The position numbers were made by a program, and so were the translations under genes. From Candidatus Dormiibacterota bacterium (GTDB lineage: Bacteria; Chloroflexota; Dormibacteria; Dormibacterales; Dormibacteraceae): a stretch of DNA of 64,000 nucleotides. The first letter of the stretch is position 1, and each line of letters begins with the position of its first letter. The stretch lies in contig DASWBB010000079.1 of assembly GCA_036390875.1 (NCBI GenBank), forward strand, positions 5,086-69,085, given 5' to 3'. This document shows positions 8,857 to 18,791 of the stretch, piece by piece. Below the pieces are notes generated by a model. The model was not told the DNA's origin and made no database searches. It saw nothing but the letters and a program-made list of their open reading frames with translations.

Positions 8857-10376
8857 CTACTACGCGTATAGATCGCGACCCCGTCCACCACTGCTGCCAG
8901 GTGGTAGTTGGTGGTAACGAGATCCTGCAGGACCGGATAGTTGCTCATCGGGTACATCGCGAAATCGCTCCAGCCCGCGGCCGCGGTGTCGACGATCAGG
9001 GCGGGTGGGTTGCGCTCGAGGTCGGCCTGCAGCTCCGGCCACACCTCCGGCGCCGTGTCCCAGTTGTTGGGGGGCAGCGCTGATCCGCGAGCGAACCCAC
9101 GCAGGAAACCTGGAAAACGGCTCGCCATCAGCCGGTCCGACTCCACATAAAGGTTAGGTGAGTCGCCCCACACGAAAATGCGGTCCGCGGGCCGCGAGTT
9201 CGCCTTTATGTATGCCGCCACCTGCGCGTGCTGCGGCACCGGGGCCGCGACGTTGTATGTGAGCGGGTCGGCGCTCAGGTCGTAAACACCCCATGCGGCT
9301 GTCGGCACGGCCACACCGACGACGATGGCAGCGGCTATCCACCGCCGGTCAAGGAGATGTTTGCCGTGCTCGCGCTCAGGGCTGTCGAGCGCCCGATCGA
9401 TGGCGATGCCGCCAACCAGCGCCAGCGGGCCCATCACCTGAACGAAGTAGTGGTAGAAGAGGTGGCCTCCTGCAACCGAGCCGACAGCTGAAGCCGCAAG
9501 CCACACCACGACGACACGCTCGGCGGCTCGAAGTCCTCTCCAGCGAGAAGCGAATGCAATCGCGGCCACCCATATCACCGCGGTGCCGCCGACGAAGTAC
9601 GGCAGGCTGTCGCGGACACGAAACCAGAGCTGATCGGGCTTCCAGTTCATGGCCGCAAAGCCATACAGGCTCGCGACCGACCAGTGCCAGAACCCTGTGA
9701 GCGAGCTCGTCAGCTCGAGGATGGCGGCGCCCACCAGCATGGCCGCGACCAGGCCCGCGCCAAAGCTGACCGCCGCCCGCAGTCGTGCGCGCTCAGGCTC
9801 GAGGAGGACGATGGCTGCGGGCACGAGCAGCAGGTTGGCCGCGGCCACCTGCTTGAATGCGATCGCCGCGACGAGCAGCGCGCCAGACCACATCCACCGC
9901 CTCCCCAGCATGACGAGAACCGACGCCGCCAGCGGCAGCATCATCAACACCTCGGCGTTGGCGGCCTGCAGCCCCGGGTTGCCTTGGCCAGTCAGAACGC
10001 CATACAGGACAGCCGCCAGAAGGCCCGCTCGCGAGCTCGAGAGCCGGCGCCCGATCAGGAAGAGCAGCCAGCATGTCGCTCCGATGAACAGCAGCGCCAC
10101 GACATGGACCGCCGTCATCTGATAAACGCCGAAGATTCGAAACGTGGCCGCGTAAACCCAGAAAATCCCAGGCGGCTTGTTGTCGACCCCACCGTCTGAG
10201 TAGAGCGCTCCACCTGCGTTCATCAGCGCCGCGATCGATGAGTAGATGGCTTCGTCGCTGTCGTCCAGCCGGTGGAAGAACGAGGGTGCGTGTGCGAGCG
10301 TGATCAAGCCACCGGCCGCAGCGATCCATCCCCAACTCAAGTTGAATCCGGGTGCGGTTGAGTGGGACGAAGGCAC
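8853..10376 (-). CDS. ArnT/PMT-like glycosyltransferase (family 39-like) membrane protein
   Basis: 507-aa polytopic ORF. The N-terminal loop DSDEAIYSSIAALM...DNKPPGIFW matches the DxE...KPP pattern of GT39/GT83 lipid-linked sugar transferases. Confidence 0.7.
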   Translation of the reverse strand: MPSSHSTAPGFNLSWGWIAAAGGLITLAHAPSFFHRLDDSDEAIYSSIAALMNAGGALYSDGGVDNKPPGIFWVYAATFRIFGVYQMTAVHVVALLFIGATCWLLFLIGRRLSSSRAGLLAAVLYGVLTGQGNPGLQAANAEVLMMLPLAASVLVMLGRRWMWSGALLVAAIAFKQVAAANLLLVPAAIVLLEPERARLRAAVSFGAGLVAAMLVGAAILELTSSLTGFWHWSVASLYGFAAMNWKPDQLWFRVRDSLPYFVGGTAVIWVAAIAFASRWRGLRAAERVVVVWLAASAVGSVAGGHLFYHYFVQVMGPLALVGGIAIDRALDSPEREHGKHLLDRRWIAAAIVVGVAVPTAAWGVYDLSADPLTYNVAAPVPQHAQVAAYIKANSRPADRIFVWGDSPNLYVESDRLMASRFPGFLRGFARGSALPPNNWDTAPEVWPELQADLERNPPALIVDTAAAGWSDFAMYPMSNYPVLQDLVTTNYHLAAVVDGVAIYTRSS

Positions 10377-10451
10377 GGCCTCCGACTATATGCGAGCGCT
10401 GCGCGGAGGTGTTCGAGCGCGGCGCCGATGTGGGTGCGTTAACTTCGAGCG

Positions 10452-11597
10452 GTGGTTACCGTGAGGCGCATCGTTGCGTCGATCGTCCTGGGGTTGACGT
10501 TCATCGCGCTTGCGATCGATGTGTCGATCAGCTCGGTGCCTCTCGGCGTCGATTTCCACACGTATGAAGCTGCCGCGCAGGTCGGCCTCAATCAGGGATG
10601 GATGCGGATCTACGACCAGGCGCTGGTCGCTGCCGAACAGGAGCGCCTGGTCCCGGACCAGCTGACACAGCCTTTCATCAGCCCGCCGACGGTCGCCTGG
10701 CTCGTTGCGGCACTGGCTCCCCTGCCCTACTGGTGGGCCTACTACATCTGGGCGGCGGCCACGTTCGCCGCTCTGGCCGCTTCACTCGTATGGTCGGCGA
10801 CGAGCCGCGGGCTCGCCCGCTGGATTGCGGTCGGCGCGGCGCTCGCCCCCTGGTGGGTCCTGTATGCAGTCCACCTCGGCCAGGTCGCGCCCCTGGTGGC
10901 GGCCGCGGTCGTGCTCTCGTGGCGACTCGTTCGTGATGATCGCAGCGTGGCCGCAGCCCTGGTCCTGTCGCTCATCCTGCTGAAGCCCAACACTGCCTTT
11001 TTGGTTCCGTTCGCTCTTTTGGCGGCGGCTCGATACCGCGTTTTCGCCACCTGGGCGGTGGTCGGGGCGGCGCTGTCCGGGGTCGCGTTTCTGACCCTGG
11101 GAACACACGGCACCGCCGCTTATCTGAGCCAGCTCACAGGTCAGCTGCCGACCGGCGCTGCGTGGCTCACGGTAGAGGGCGCGTTGGGCGTGAGCGGTCC
11201 GGTGGCAATCGCGGTGCGGTTCGTCATCGTCGCCGCTGCGCTCGTTGCAGCTTTCCGGCTCCGCGGGTCTCCGGGCCTCGTGATCGTGGCCGGCATCCTG
11301 GGATCGCTTCTGGCGACCCCATACCTCCACGCCTCGGACCTCTGCCTGCTCGCCGCCGCTGCCTGGATCGCGTGGGAGCAGTGCCCGTCTGTGGCTTGGC
11401 GGCTGCCGCTGGCAGCCGGCTGGCTGGCCGCGAGCCCGTTTGCCGGATTGGCCAATGTGGCGCCGACTTTGAGCCGCTGGGCCCTGGCTGAGCTCTTGCT
11501 GCTCGCGGCCTTGATGTTCGAGGCGTGGCGACCGGGGCGTGAACGTGGAGCCGCGTTAACACCCGGGGCTGAAGTCGCGACTCGAGCACCCGCATAA
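10452..11597 (+). CDS. polytopic membrane glycosyltransferase-like protein (DUF2029/GT87-like)
   Basis: 381-aa ORF, about 10 TM segments, LLKPNTAFLVPF segment typical of the DUF2029 family. It is divergent from the GT39-like gene. Confidence 0.55.
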   Translation: MVTVRRIVASIVLGLTFIALAIDVSISSVPLGVDFHTYEAAAQVGLNQGWMRIYDQALVAAEQERLVPDQLTQPFISPPTVAWLVAALAPLPYWWAYYIWAAATFAALAASLVWSATSRGLARWIAVGAALAPWWVLYAVHLGQVAPLVAAAVVLSWRLVRDDRSVAAALVLSLILLKPNTAFLVPFALLAAARYRVFATWAVVGAALSGVAFLTLGTHGTAAYLSQLTGQLPTGAAWLTVEGALGVSGPVAIAVRFVIVAAALVAAFRLRGSPGLVIVAGILGSLLATPYLHASDLCLLAAAAWIAWEQCPSVAWRLPLAAGWLAASPFAGLANVAPTLSRWALAELLLLAALMFEAWRPGRERGAALTPGAEVATRAPA

Positions 11598-11629
11598 TCG
11601 AAGCGCCCGACCAACCAGAGGTAGACGCT

Positions 11630-14600
11630 TTGCCACTCGACATCCACGACATCAAGGGGCCGCTCCGGGTTCTCGCGGGGCCGGGCACCGGGAAGACGCG
11701 CGCGCTCGTCGACCTGTACGAGCAGGCCGTGCTCGAACATGTGGCCGGGCGCGACCAGATCCTGGCCCTCACGTTTTCGACCGGGGCCGCCGACGAGATC
11801 GCCAAGCGCATCGATGAGCGGCTGAAGGACGACTATGGGGAGGCCTGGATCTCGACGTTCCACAGCTTCTGCTGGCGCGTCCTGCGTGACCACGCGCCGG
11901 ATCCGCGCCGGATGCTGGTCAACAGCTTCCAGGAATCGATCGTCATGCGCGACGTGCTGGCGCACATCGATCCGGGTGTGCTGGGCGAGCTGATCGGGGT
12001 CCGCGGGTCTGATGCATTTGCTCGCGACCTGCTCGGATTCGTGGCTTTGATGAAGCAGAACCTCGTGCATCCGGACGCGCTGGTGCTGGCGACCGAAGCC
12101 CGTGGCAGCGACCGTTTGCGCGCGCTGGCGGCCGCCTACAAGTCCTACCAGGAACGGCTGAGCACGGCCGGCATGGTCGACTTCCGCGACCTCATCACCG
12201 GCGCCATCGAGCTGCTGCAGTCGAAGGACGAGCTCCGCGAACTGCTGCGATCGAAGTTCCGCCTCATCCTGGTCGACGAGTTCCAGGACGTCGATCCGGC
12301 GCAGTTCCAGCTCCTGCAGCTGCTGGCGCCGCCCGCGACGCATCCACGCCTGGTGGTCGTCGGCGACCCGGACCAGTCGATCTATGGCTTTCGCGGCACG
12401 GTGCCGCGTTTGCTCGGAATCGATTTCCCCGCGGTCTACGGGGCTGCCACCGTTTCGCTCGACGAGTGCTGGCGCTGCTCGCAAGAGACTCTCGACGCCG
12501 GCGAGCGCTTGCTCCGGGCCACCCAGCCCGGACGTGCGCGCCGCGATCTCCGCTCGGTCGCAGGGGTCACGCCGCCGTCGGTGGTCGTCGCGCACGAGGG
12601 CGACGGGCTCGACGAGGCGTTTTTCTGCGCCCGCGAGATCAAGCGGGTCCACACAGCTTTTCCTGACCTCCGCTACGACGATTTCGCGATCCTTCTCCGC
12701 AGCACCACGGCGTTGGGGGCGCCTTTCGAGGAGGCGCTCCGCGCCCTCGACATTCCTTATGAGGTGCGCGGATCCGGGGCGACCGCTCGCAATGAGGTGG
12801 TGCGCTTTCTGGTCGGTTATCTCGAATCGCTGCGCAAGCCGGACGACCCTGCCGCGTTCGAGAGCGCGCTGGCGTCGAGCCTGGGCGGCGTCGGCTCGCG
12901 GACTTTGAGCCGCCTGCGCGCGCACGCTTTCGAGCAGTCGAGGCCCCTCACGCGGGTGATGCGGCGGCTGATGTACGTGCTCGCCGCCAAGGACCCGCAG
13001 CGCTACCCGCTTCCGTGGGGCGGTGAGGCGCCGACCGAACCACCAACCCCGCCTGACTACTACGAGTACCTGTCCGAGGCAGAGCTGGATGCTCTCCATG
13101 CGGCGATGGCCGCCCGGTACCGCCTGCTCGAACGGGCGAAACGGCTGCCGCTGGCCGGCCTTGCCTACTCGGTGCTCATCGAGGACGGCGCCCTGGGCAA
13201 GCTGCTCGCTCTCGAGCTCCGTGCGGAGCAGCGCACCGAGGCGATGGCGGACCTGCGTTCGACGATCGACGGCCTGGAGGCGGTGGAGGAGGTCCACGAA
13301 AGGCTCTACGGCTCGAAGCCGCTGCTCTCCGACCTCACCGGGTCGCTGGATGCGCTGCTCTCAGGCGCCGCGGACGACACCGAGCCCGCATCCGCACGCC
13401 GCGATGCCGTCCAGGTGATGACGGTGCACCAGGCCAAGGGTCTCGAATTCCAGGTCGTCTTCGCCTCCGGATTTGCGCACGGCCTGTTTCCATCGGAGGC
13501 CAGGCCGCATCCGTTGCTGGACGTTGAAGACCGCTCGTGGCTCGAAGCTTTCAAGGTCGGGTTCATGCCTTCGTGGCCATCGGACCCCGATGGGCACCTG
13601 GCCGAGGAGGCGCGGCTCGCCTTCGTCGCGCTGACGCGCGGTCGGCGCGTCTATCTGACCTACGCCGATGCATACCTGCGTCAGGCCGGCCCGTCCGTCT
13701 TCCTCGGCATGGCGGCGCCGGACGCCGAGTTGAAAGAGCTCACGCGCGCGTCGGCCCGCCTCGAGCCGGCGGAGGTGCTCCTCGCGCGCGAAGCCGAGGT
13801 GCTCATCGCCGCCCACCGTGAAAGCCTCACCGAATCGATGAGCGCGCGGGCGGCGTCGCTGGGACTCGACGTCCGTTTCATCGCTGATCGCGATGCCGGC
13901 GAGCCGTTCGAGCCCTATGGCGGCGAACGCAATCCTGACCGCGTGGAGATCGATCACTTCAGCCCGACCACGCTCAACGACTACCTCAAATGCCCGCGCC
14001 TCTACTGGTACAACCACCACCCCGGCCTCGCCGAGGAGCCGAGGTCGGTCGCGATGGAGAGGGGCGGCTTCCTGCACGAGGTGCTGGAGGACTTCCATAC
14101 CAACGAGGCGGAGTGGCGGCCGCTCGAGGCGGAAGGCCAGAGGGGATGGCTCGAGACGGTGTTGCAGAAGCACCTCGACGGCTACCTGGCCCGCATGGAG
14201 GGAACCCTCGACCGCAGGCGTGAGGAAAAGCAGGTTCGCTCGGTGCTGGGCAACTACATCCGCTTCGTCACCGGCATGCAGCACATCCGCCGCCTGGGGA
14301 CGCTTGCGCTCGAGCAGCGCTTCCACCTGCAGCTCGATGGGGCGGAGATCGTCGGCAAGATCGACCGCGTGAACGATGTCGGCGATGGAGAGGTCGAGGT
14401 CATCGACTACAAGACGGGCGCAGGCAAGGCGATGCGGTGGGCGTACGAGATGTACTTCGGCCCCGACATGTACGACGTGCAGCTGGCCCTTTACTACCTC
14501 GCGTGCAAGTACGGCTTCGACGACGATGGCAAGCCGCTCGGGTTTCAGCCGCGGTTCCTGTCCCTCTGGTATCCGAAGGATTGGGTCTGGGGGTCGATGC

Positions 14601-14833
14601 GGCAGGACATCTTCACCGTGGGCCGTCCCGCGGGGCTCAAGGAGTACCGCGAAAAGGTGCTCGAGCCGGCCGACCTCGAGCGCAGCCGCGACATCGTCCT
14701 GCAGGCCATCTCGCGTATCAGAGGGGGCCACTTCGAGCCGGCGCCGCGCGACCTCGCCGGCACCTGCATCTCGCGCTTCTCGTCATGCCCTCACGCAGCG
14801 ATCTGTCCGTACGGCGGAGCGCCGCCCGAATGA
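11630..14833 (+). CDS. adnA: UvrD-type helicase / PD-(D/E)XK nuclease subunit, AdnA-like
   Basis: Walker A (GPGTGKT), LILVDEFQDVD, TVHQAKGLEF, and a C-terminal nuclease module (GKIDRVNDVGDGEVEVIDYKTG) with terminal Cys residues. Pairs with the next gene via an ATGA overlap, as in mycobacterial AdnAB. Confidence 0.8.
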   Translation: MPLDIHDIKGPLRVLAGPGTGKTRALVDLYEQAVLEHVAGRDQILALTFSTGAADEIAKRIDERLKDDYGEAWISTFHSFCWRVLRDHAPDPRRMLVNSFQESIVMRDVLAHIDPGVLGELIGVRGSDAFARDLLGFVALMKQNLVHPDALVLATEARGSDRLRALAAAYKSYQERLSTAGMVDFRDLITGAIELLQSKDELRELLRSKFRLILVDEFQDVDPAQFQLLQLLAPPATHPRLVVVGDPDQSIYGFRGTVPRLLGIDFPAVYGAATVSLDECWRCSQETLDAGERLLRATQPGRARRDLRSVAGVTPPSVVVAHEGDGLDEAFFCAREIKRVHTAFPDLRYDDFAILLRSTTALGAPFEEALRALDIPYEVRGSGATARNEVVRFLVGYLESLRKPDDPAAFESALASSLGGVGSRTLSRLRAHAFEQSRPLTRVMRRLMYVLAAKDPQRYPLPWGGEAPTEPPTPPDYYEYLSEAELDALHAAMAARYRLLERAKRLPLAGLAYSVLIEDGALGKLLALELRAEQRTEAMADLRSTIDGLEAVEEVHERLYGSKPLLSDLTGSLDALLSGAADDTEPASARRDAVQVMTVHQAKGLEFQVVFASGFAHGLFPSEARPHPLLDVEDRSWLEAFKVGFMPSWPSDPDGHLAEEARLAFVALTRGRRVYLTYADAYLRQAGPSVFLGMAAPDAELKELTRASARLEPAEVLLAREAEVLIAAHRESLTESMSARAASLGLDVRFIADRDAGEPFEPYGGERNPDRVEIDHFSPTTLNDYLKCPRLYWYNHHPGLAEEPRSVAMERGGFLHEVLEDFHTNEAEWRPLEAEGQRGWLETVLQKHLDGYLARMEGTLDRRREEKQVRSVLGNYIRFVTGMQHIRRLGTLALEQRFHLQLDGAEIVGKIDRVNDVGDGEVEVIDYKTGAGKAMRWAYEMYFGPDMYDVQLALYYLACKYGFDDDGKPLGFQPRFLSLWYPKDWVWGSMRQDIFTVGRPAGLKEYREKVLEPADLERSRDIVLQAISRIRGGHFEPAPRDLAGTCISRFSSCPHAAICPYGGAPPE

Positions 14834-17800
14834 TCGCCGGACCCCCCCGGACGCTCAGCCCCGAGCAGAACGCTGCCGCCCACGCCGGTCCAGAGGGCGC
14901 CTTTCTCATCGCGGCCGGACCGGGCACCGGTAAGACCGCCACCGCGACCGAACGTTTCTGCTGGCTGGTCGAGCATCGAGTCCCGGCCGGCCAGATCCTG
15001 GCGGTCACCTTCAACGAACGCGCCGCCGACGAGCTGCGGACCCGGATCACCGATGAGCTGCGGGCGCGCCGCCCGGACCTCGGCCCAGAGGTCCTCGACG
15101 GGGCCTGGATCGGGACTTTCCACGGCATCTGCTCGCGCCTTCTCGATGAGTTCGCCTACCTGATCGGGTCGCCCCGCGAGCTCAGGGTCCTCGACGAGAC
15201 CGGGCAGCGGCTGTTCGAGCAGCGCCTGGTGGCGCGCCTGCGCAGCGGCGAAGCCGGCCCGCTCGATCCCGACTCCTTCACGGCTTTGAGCGTCGACGAC
15301 CTCGACGAGCTCCTCCGCTCCGGGCTGCGGTTCCTCCTCAAGCTGAAGGGCCGAGGCATCACGCCCGGGCGCTTCCACAAGCGCGCCCTCGAGCTGCACG
15401 CTCAGCACTGGGAATCTGCGGTCGATGCCACCGCGCGCCAGGCGGCGCATGCCGAGCTGGAGGCGATCGAGGTCCTTCACCTTGTCTATCAGACATATGA
15501 AGAGGCCCTGGCGGCCGGCGGGCTGCGCGATTTCGACGACCTCATCCTCGAGGTCATCGATGCGCTCGAGCGAGTGCCTGAATTCCGCCGGCGCTGCCGG
15601 GAACGTTTCCGCTACCTGCTCGTCGACGAGTTCCAGGACACCAACCGGATTCAGCTCGACCTCATACGGCTCCTGGCCGCCGATGACTTCGGGAACGTGG
15701 CCGTGGTCGGCGACGCCAAGCAGTCGATCTATGGCTGGCGCGACGCCGAGATCGAAAACATCCGCAGCCGTTTCACGGGCAAACGAATGCCGCTCACGCA
15801 CAACCGCCGATCGTTCCAGGAGATCCTCGACTGCGCCACCGCGTTCATCCGGCGCGACCCCGATTTCGCAGACGAGCCCGACCTGGTCGCGACTCGAGGT
15901 CCCGGCAGCTGGCCGGTGACCGTGGTCATGGCGCCGGATTCGCGGACGGAAGCGCGTTCAGTGGCTGAGACCATCAGGCGGCTGTATCGTGGCGGCCGCC
16001 CGTTCTCCGACATCGCCATCCTCGCCCACTCCATCCGCATGCTCCCTCGCGACTTCGAGGACGAGCTCAGACGCCAGGGCATCCCGTATCTGACCAGCGG
16101 CGGCTCGGGCTTCTTCGACCGCCAGGAGATCAAGGACGTGCTGGCGATGCTCCGGCTCACCGAGAACCCGATGGACGATGGAGCGCTCGTGCGCGTGCTG
16201 CAGGGGCCGATCGTGCGGCTGCCCGATCGCGGCCTGTACCGCATGGCGGCCAGGCGATTCGGCCGGCACGGCATGCGCCTGCGCGATTGCTTCGAAGCGG
16301 CGCGCGTCGAAGGTTTCCCGGAGATGGAGCCCCGAGTCGCCGAACGCGCGGTGGCCCTGGTCGACCTCACCGATCGCATCGGCGGCCTTCGGGATGCCCT
16401 GACGGTGGCGGACATCCTGAACCGGTTGCTCGAGGAGACGGGATATCTTCGCTGGGCAGAGCTGCGAGCGCAGCGAGACGGCAGCCCTCGCGCACTGCTC
16501 AACCTGCGCAAGGTCTTCCAGCTGGCATCGCGTTTCGAGCGGGAGCTCGCGCTCGCGGGCATCGGCGACTTCGTTCGCCACCTGGACCAGGTCATCGATG
16601 CCGAGCTGCCGGTGGGAGAGGCCGCAGAGGAGTCGCCCGCCGCCGACGCCGTGTCGCTGCTCACCGTCCATGCCGCCAAGGGCCTCGAGTTTCCGGTCGT
16701 GTTCCTGGTCAACCTGCGGCCCGCGCGAGCCCGCGACACCGAGCGTCTCTTTTTCGACCCCGACGGTCTGGGCTTCGTCATGAAGAACTGGCGCGGCGAG
16801 AAGCACCCGCGCTACCAGGCGACCTCGCCGGGCGAGCCTGCGGTCAAGCTCGCGATCGGCGAGCGAAGGCGAATCGTGTACGTCGGCCTCACCCGGACCA
16901 GGGATCTCCTTTACGTAACCGCCACGCGGGAAGAGCAGTCGGCGCGCGAGGTGGAGATGGGCGACCAGGACCATTTCGCCGAGATCCTCAGCTGGGCGCT
17001 CGCACACCCGGAGTCCGCGAACGTCGTCGAGGCCGAGCAGCTGGAGCTGCCGGTGCCGAAACCCGTCAACGGCGCTCATGCCGACGGGGCCGCGGTGGTG
17101 ACCGCGGTGCTCGATCGCATCGAGGCCATCCAGCCGCGCCGTCCGGCCGAGCTCCCTCCGGCTGTGCCCGAGATCAAGCTCAGCTTTTCGCAGCTGCACG
17201 ACTTCGAGATCTGTCCGGTCCGCTACCGGTTCAGCCAGGTGTGGCGCGTGCCCGCGCCGCCCGACGAGCTGCTGCCGCGGTTCGCGCGGGCGACCGATGC
17301 GACCGAGCTTGGAGCGGCCGTGCACGCGGCCCTCGCCACCTGGCATTCGGCCGGCGGCGACCTGCTTCGACTTTATGAGGGACCCGAGGCGGGCAGGGAG
17401 ATGCTGCGCGGCTACCTCGCCCACCCCCTGGCCTCGGCCCGAACGCTCGGGGTGGAGGTCGAGTTCAACCTGCGTGTCGGAGGCACCAGGGTGCGCGGCA
17501 TAGTGGACCGGATCTGCGCGCTTGATGGCCGAACGGTACTTGTCGATTACAAGACCAACGCCACGTTGGACGCGGCACTCATCGAGGCATACACGACCCA
17601 GCTCCGCCTCTATGCGCTGGCGGCCGGCCGCGGACTGTTGCCCGGAGGTGCGCAACCGCGGCTCGTCCTCTTCGATCTTCGGCGTGGGCGCGAGATCGAG
17701 GTCACCCCTGACGATGCCGCCGTCGAGGCACGCGTGGCGGTCGTGTCCGGGCGCATCGCGCGAGGCGACTTTGCGCTTGGGCCCGAGAACGCGCAGAGGC

Positions 17801-17850
17801 CCTGCGCGATGTGCGCCTACCGGCCGATCTGCGCCGACCGCAGGAACTGA
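14830..17850 (+). CDS. adnB: UvrD-type helicase / PD-(D/E)XK nuclease subunit, AdnB-like
   Basis: Start moved to the ATG overlapping the adnA stop (MIAGPPRTLSPEQ...). Motifs AAGPGTGKT, LLVDEFQDTN and TVHAAKGLEF. C-terminal GIVDRICALDGRTVLVDYKTN plus the Cys cluster CAMCAYRPIC. Confidence 0.8.
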   Translation: MIAGPPRTLSPEQNAAAHAGPEGAFLIAAGPGTGKTATATERFCWLVEHRVPAGQILAVTFNERAADELRTRITDELRARRPDLGPEVLDGAWIGTFHGICSRLLDEFAYLIGSPRELRVLDETGQRLFEQRLVARLRSGEAGPLDPDSFTALSVDDLDELLRSGLRFLLKLKGRGITPGRFHKRALELHAQHWESAVDATARQAAHAELEAIEVLHLVYQTYEEALAAGGLRDFDDLILEVIDALERVPEFRRRCRERFRYLLVDEFQDTNRIQLDLIRLLAADDFGNVAVVGDAKQSIYGWRDAEIENIRSRFTGKRMPLTHNRRSFQEILDCATAFIRRDPDFADEPDLVATRGPGSWPVTVVMAPDSRTEARSVAETIRRLYRGGRPFSDIAILAHSIRMLPRDFEDELRRQGIPYLTSGGSGFFDRQEIKDVLAMLRLTENPMDDGALVRVLQGPIVRLPDRGLYRMAARRFGRHGMRLRDCFEAARVEGFPEMEPRVAERAVALVDLTDRIGGLRDALTVADILNRLLEETGYLRWAELRAQRDGSPRALLNLRKVFQLASRFERELALAGIGDFVRHLDQVIDAELPVGEAAEESPAADAVSLLTVHAAKGLEFPVVFLVNLRPARARDTERLFFDPDGLGFVMKNWRGEKHPRYQATSPGEPAVKLAIGERRRIVYVGLTRTRDLLYVTATREEQSAREVEMGDQDHFAEILSWALAHPESANVVEAEQLELPVPKPVNGAHADGAAVVTAVLDRIEAIQPRRPAELPPAVPEIKLSFSQLHDFEICPVRYRFSQVWRVPAPPDELLPRFARATDATELGAAVHAALATWHSAGGDLLRLYEGPEAGREMLRGYLAHPLASARTLGVEVEFNLRVGGTRVRGIVDRICALDGRTVLVDYKTNATLDAALIEAYTTQLRLYALAAGRGLLPGGAQPRLVLFDLRRGREIEVTPDDAAVEARVAVVSGRIARGDFALGPENAQRPCAMCAYRPICADRRN

Positions 17851-17852
17851 GC

Positions 17853-18152
17853 GTGGAGGAGCGCTATTTCGAGCGGCGGCAGATCAAAGAGGCGATCGCG
17901 TTCGCGGAGGCGGGCGGGATTGCCGTCCACCGCAACTTCGACCACTACCACGGGTCCACGATCCGCGGCGTGATGCGCGAACGGCCGTTCTTGCACGTGA
18001 TCGGGCTGCGTCCGAACCTGGAATCGTGGGGCCGTCTGCATGGCTTGAGGCCGGAATGGATCCAGCCCGAGAAGCGACGGAAGGTCGCCCATTACGACGT
18101 CTTCGGAGCCTTCGCCGAACGGCTCATCGCCGACCTGACGAAGGTCCCTTGA
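17853..18152 (+). CDS. small conserved protein, DUF4031-like
   Basis: GTG 3 nt after the adnB stop. The segment FLHVIG...LHGLRPEWIQPEKRRKVAHYDV resembles the H...HYD core of DUF4031. Weak call made by eye. Confidence 0.4.
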   Translation: MEERYFERRQIKEAIAFAEAGGIAVHRNFDHYHGSTIRGVMRERPFLHVIGLRPNLESWGRLHGLRPEWIQPEKRRKVAHYDVFGAFAERLIADLTKVP

Positions 18153-18177
18153 CACGATTGACGCAATGCGTTATGAT
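18149..18177 (+). promoter_or_regulatory. near-consensus sigma-70-type promoter
   Basis: TTGACA (18149-18154), 17-nt spacer, TATGAT (18172-18177). It lies 78 nt upstream of the ATG at 18256. Confidence 0.6.
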
Positions 18178-18189
18178 GCGTTGCGTCAA
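18158..18189 (+). promoter_or_regulatory. palindromic operator overlapping the promoter spacer and -10
   Basis: ttgacgcaatgc-N8-gcgttgcgtcaa, 11 of 12 positions complementary, centred on the -10 hexamer. Confidence 0.5.
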
Positions 18190-18255
18190 TCAAGTAAGGG
18201 GCCCCCGCAAAGTCGAAGATCTTGTGGGGCTTCATCAAAGGAGGCTCAAGAAGAA

Positions 18256-18774
18256 ATGAGCACAAACATTTCGTCCACAGTCGAAGAGGTAGCGTTCGGC
18301 GCCGCCAGGGCGGCGAAGGAAGTCGCATCGGACCCGATGGGTACCGCGCGCAAGCAGGTCAAGGGACTCGAGCGTAAGGGCACCCCGGCCGCGCGCAAGC
18401 TCAACCGCCGGCTGACGCACCAGTTCCACGCCGCGACCGCGCCCGCCAAGGACGCAGTCAAGGGCATCTCCAAGAAGCTGGACCAGGCGAGCAAGTCGGC
18501 GTCGACCGTAGCCGGCGACCTGCTCCCGGAGCGCATCATGCTCAAGGGTCTGCAGCTGGTCAAAGTCCAGGCCAGACGCCAGGACCCGATGGGCGATGTC
18601 GCCACCCAGGCGCTGAAGATGTTCAACGGATCGTTCAAGACCATCGCTCGGGTCGCGAACCGGCTGGAGCGCGCAAGCGAGCTGCCGGTCCGGCATGCCG
18701 CCGCGCCGCGGAAGGCTCGCACGACCCGCCGCTCTACCCGCCGCCCGACTTCGCGCCGCCGCGCCGCAGCATAA
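18256..18774 (+). CDS. hypothetical helical protein with an Arg-rich basic C-terminal tail
   Basis: The internal ATG is preceded by AAGGAGG. 172 aa, Ala/Lys-rich helical body, tail RKARTTRRSTRRPTSRRRAAA. Followed by a textbook terminator. Confidence 0.6.
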   Translation: MSTNISSTVEEVAFGAARAAKEVASDPMGTARKQVKGLERKGTPAARKLNRRLTHQFHAATAPAKDAVKGISKKLDQASKSASTVAGDLLPERIMLKGLQLVKVQARRQDPMGDVATQALKMFNGSFKTIARVANRLERASELPVRHAAAPRKARTTRRSTRRPTSRRRAAA

Positions 18775-18791
18775 GCACAACCACCAACGAG

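Noticed and set aside
11141-13297. 718-aa minus-strand ORF
   Set aside because: Antisense shadow of adnA. The translation is Arg/Ala/Gly/Pro-rich with no recognisable motifs, as expected for long open frames opposite real genes in high-GC DNA.
14437-14829. Upstream extension of the adnB ORF (the same applies to 4403..4618 for the metallophosphoesterase ORF and 49430..49990 for the YhhN ORF)
   Set aside because: The extensions overlap the preceding or opposing gene, are Arg/Ser/Cys-rich, and a well-placed internal start with operon-type overlap or a conserved N-terminus exists.
15958-17655. 565-aa minus-strand ORF (also 15729..16781 and 14791..15801)
   Set aside because: Antisense or out-of-frame shadows of adnB, low-complexity Arg/Gly/Ala composition.
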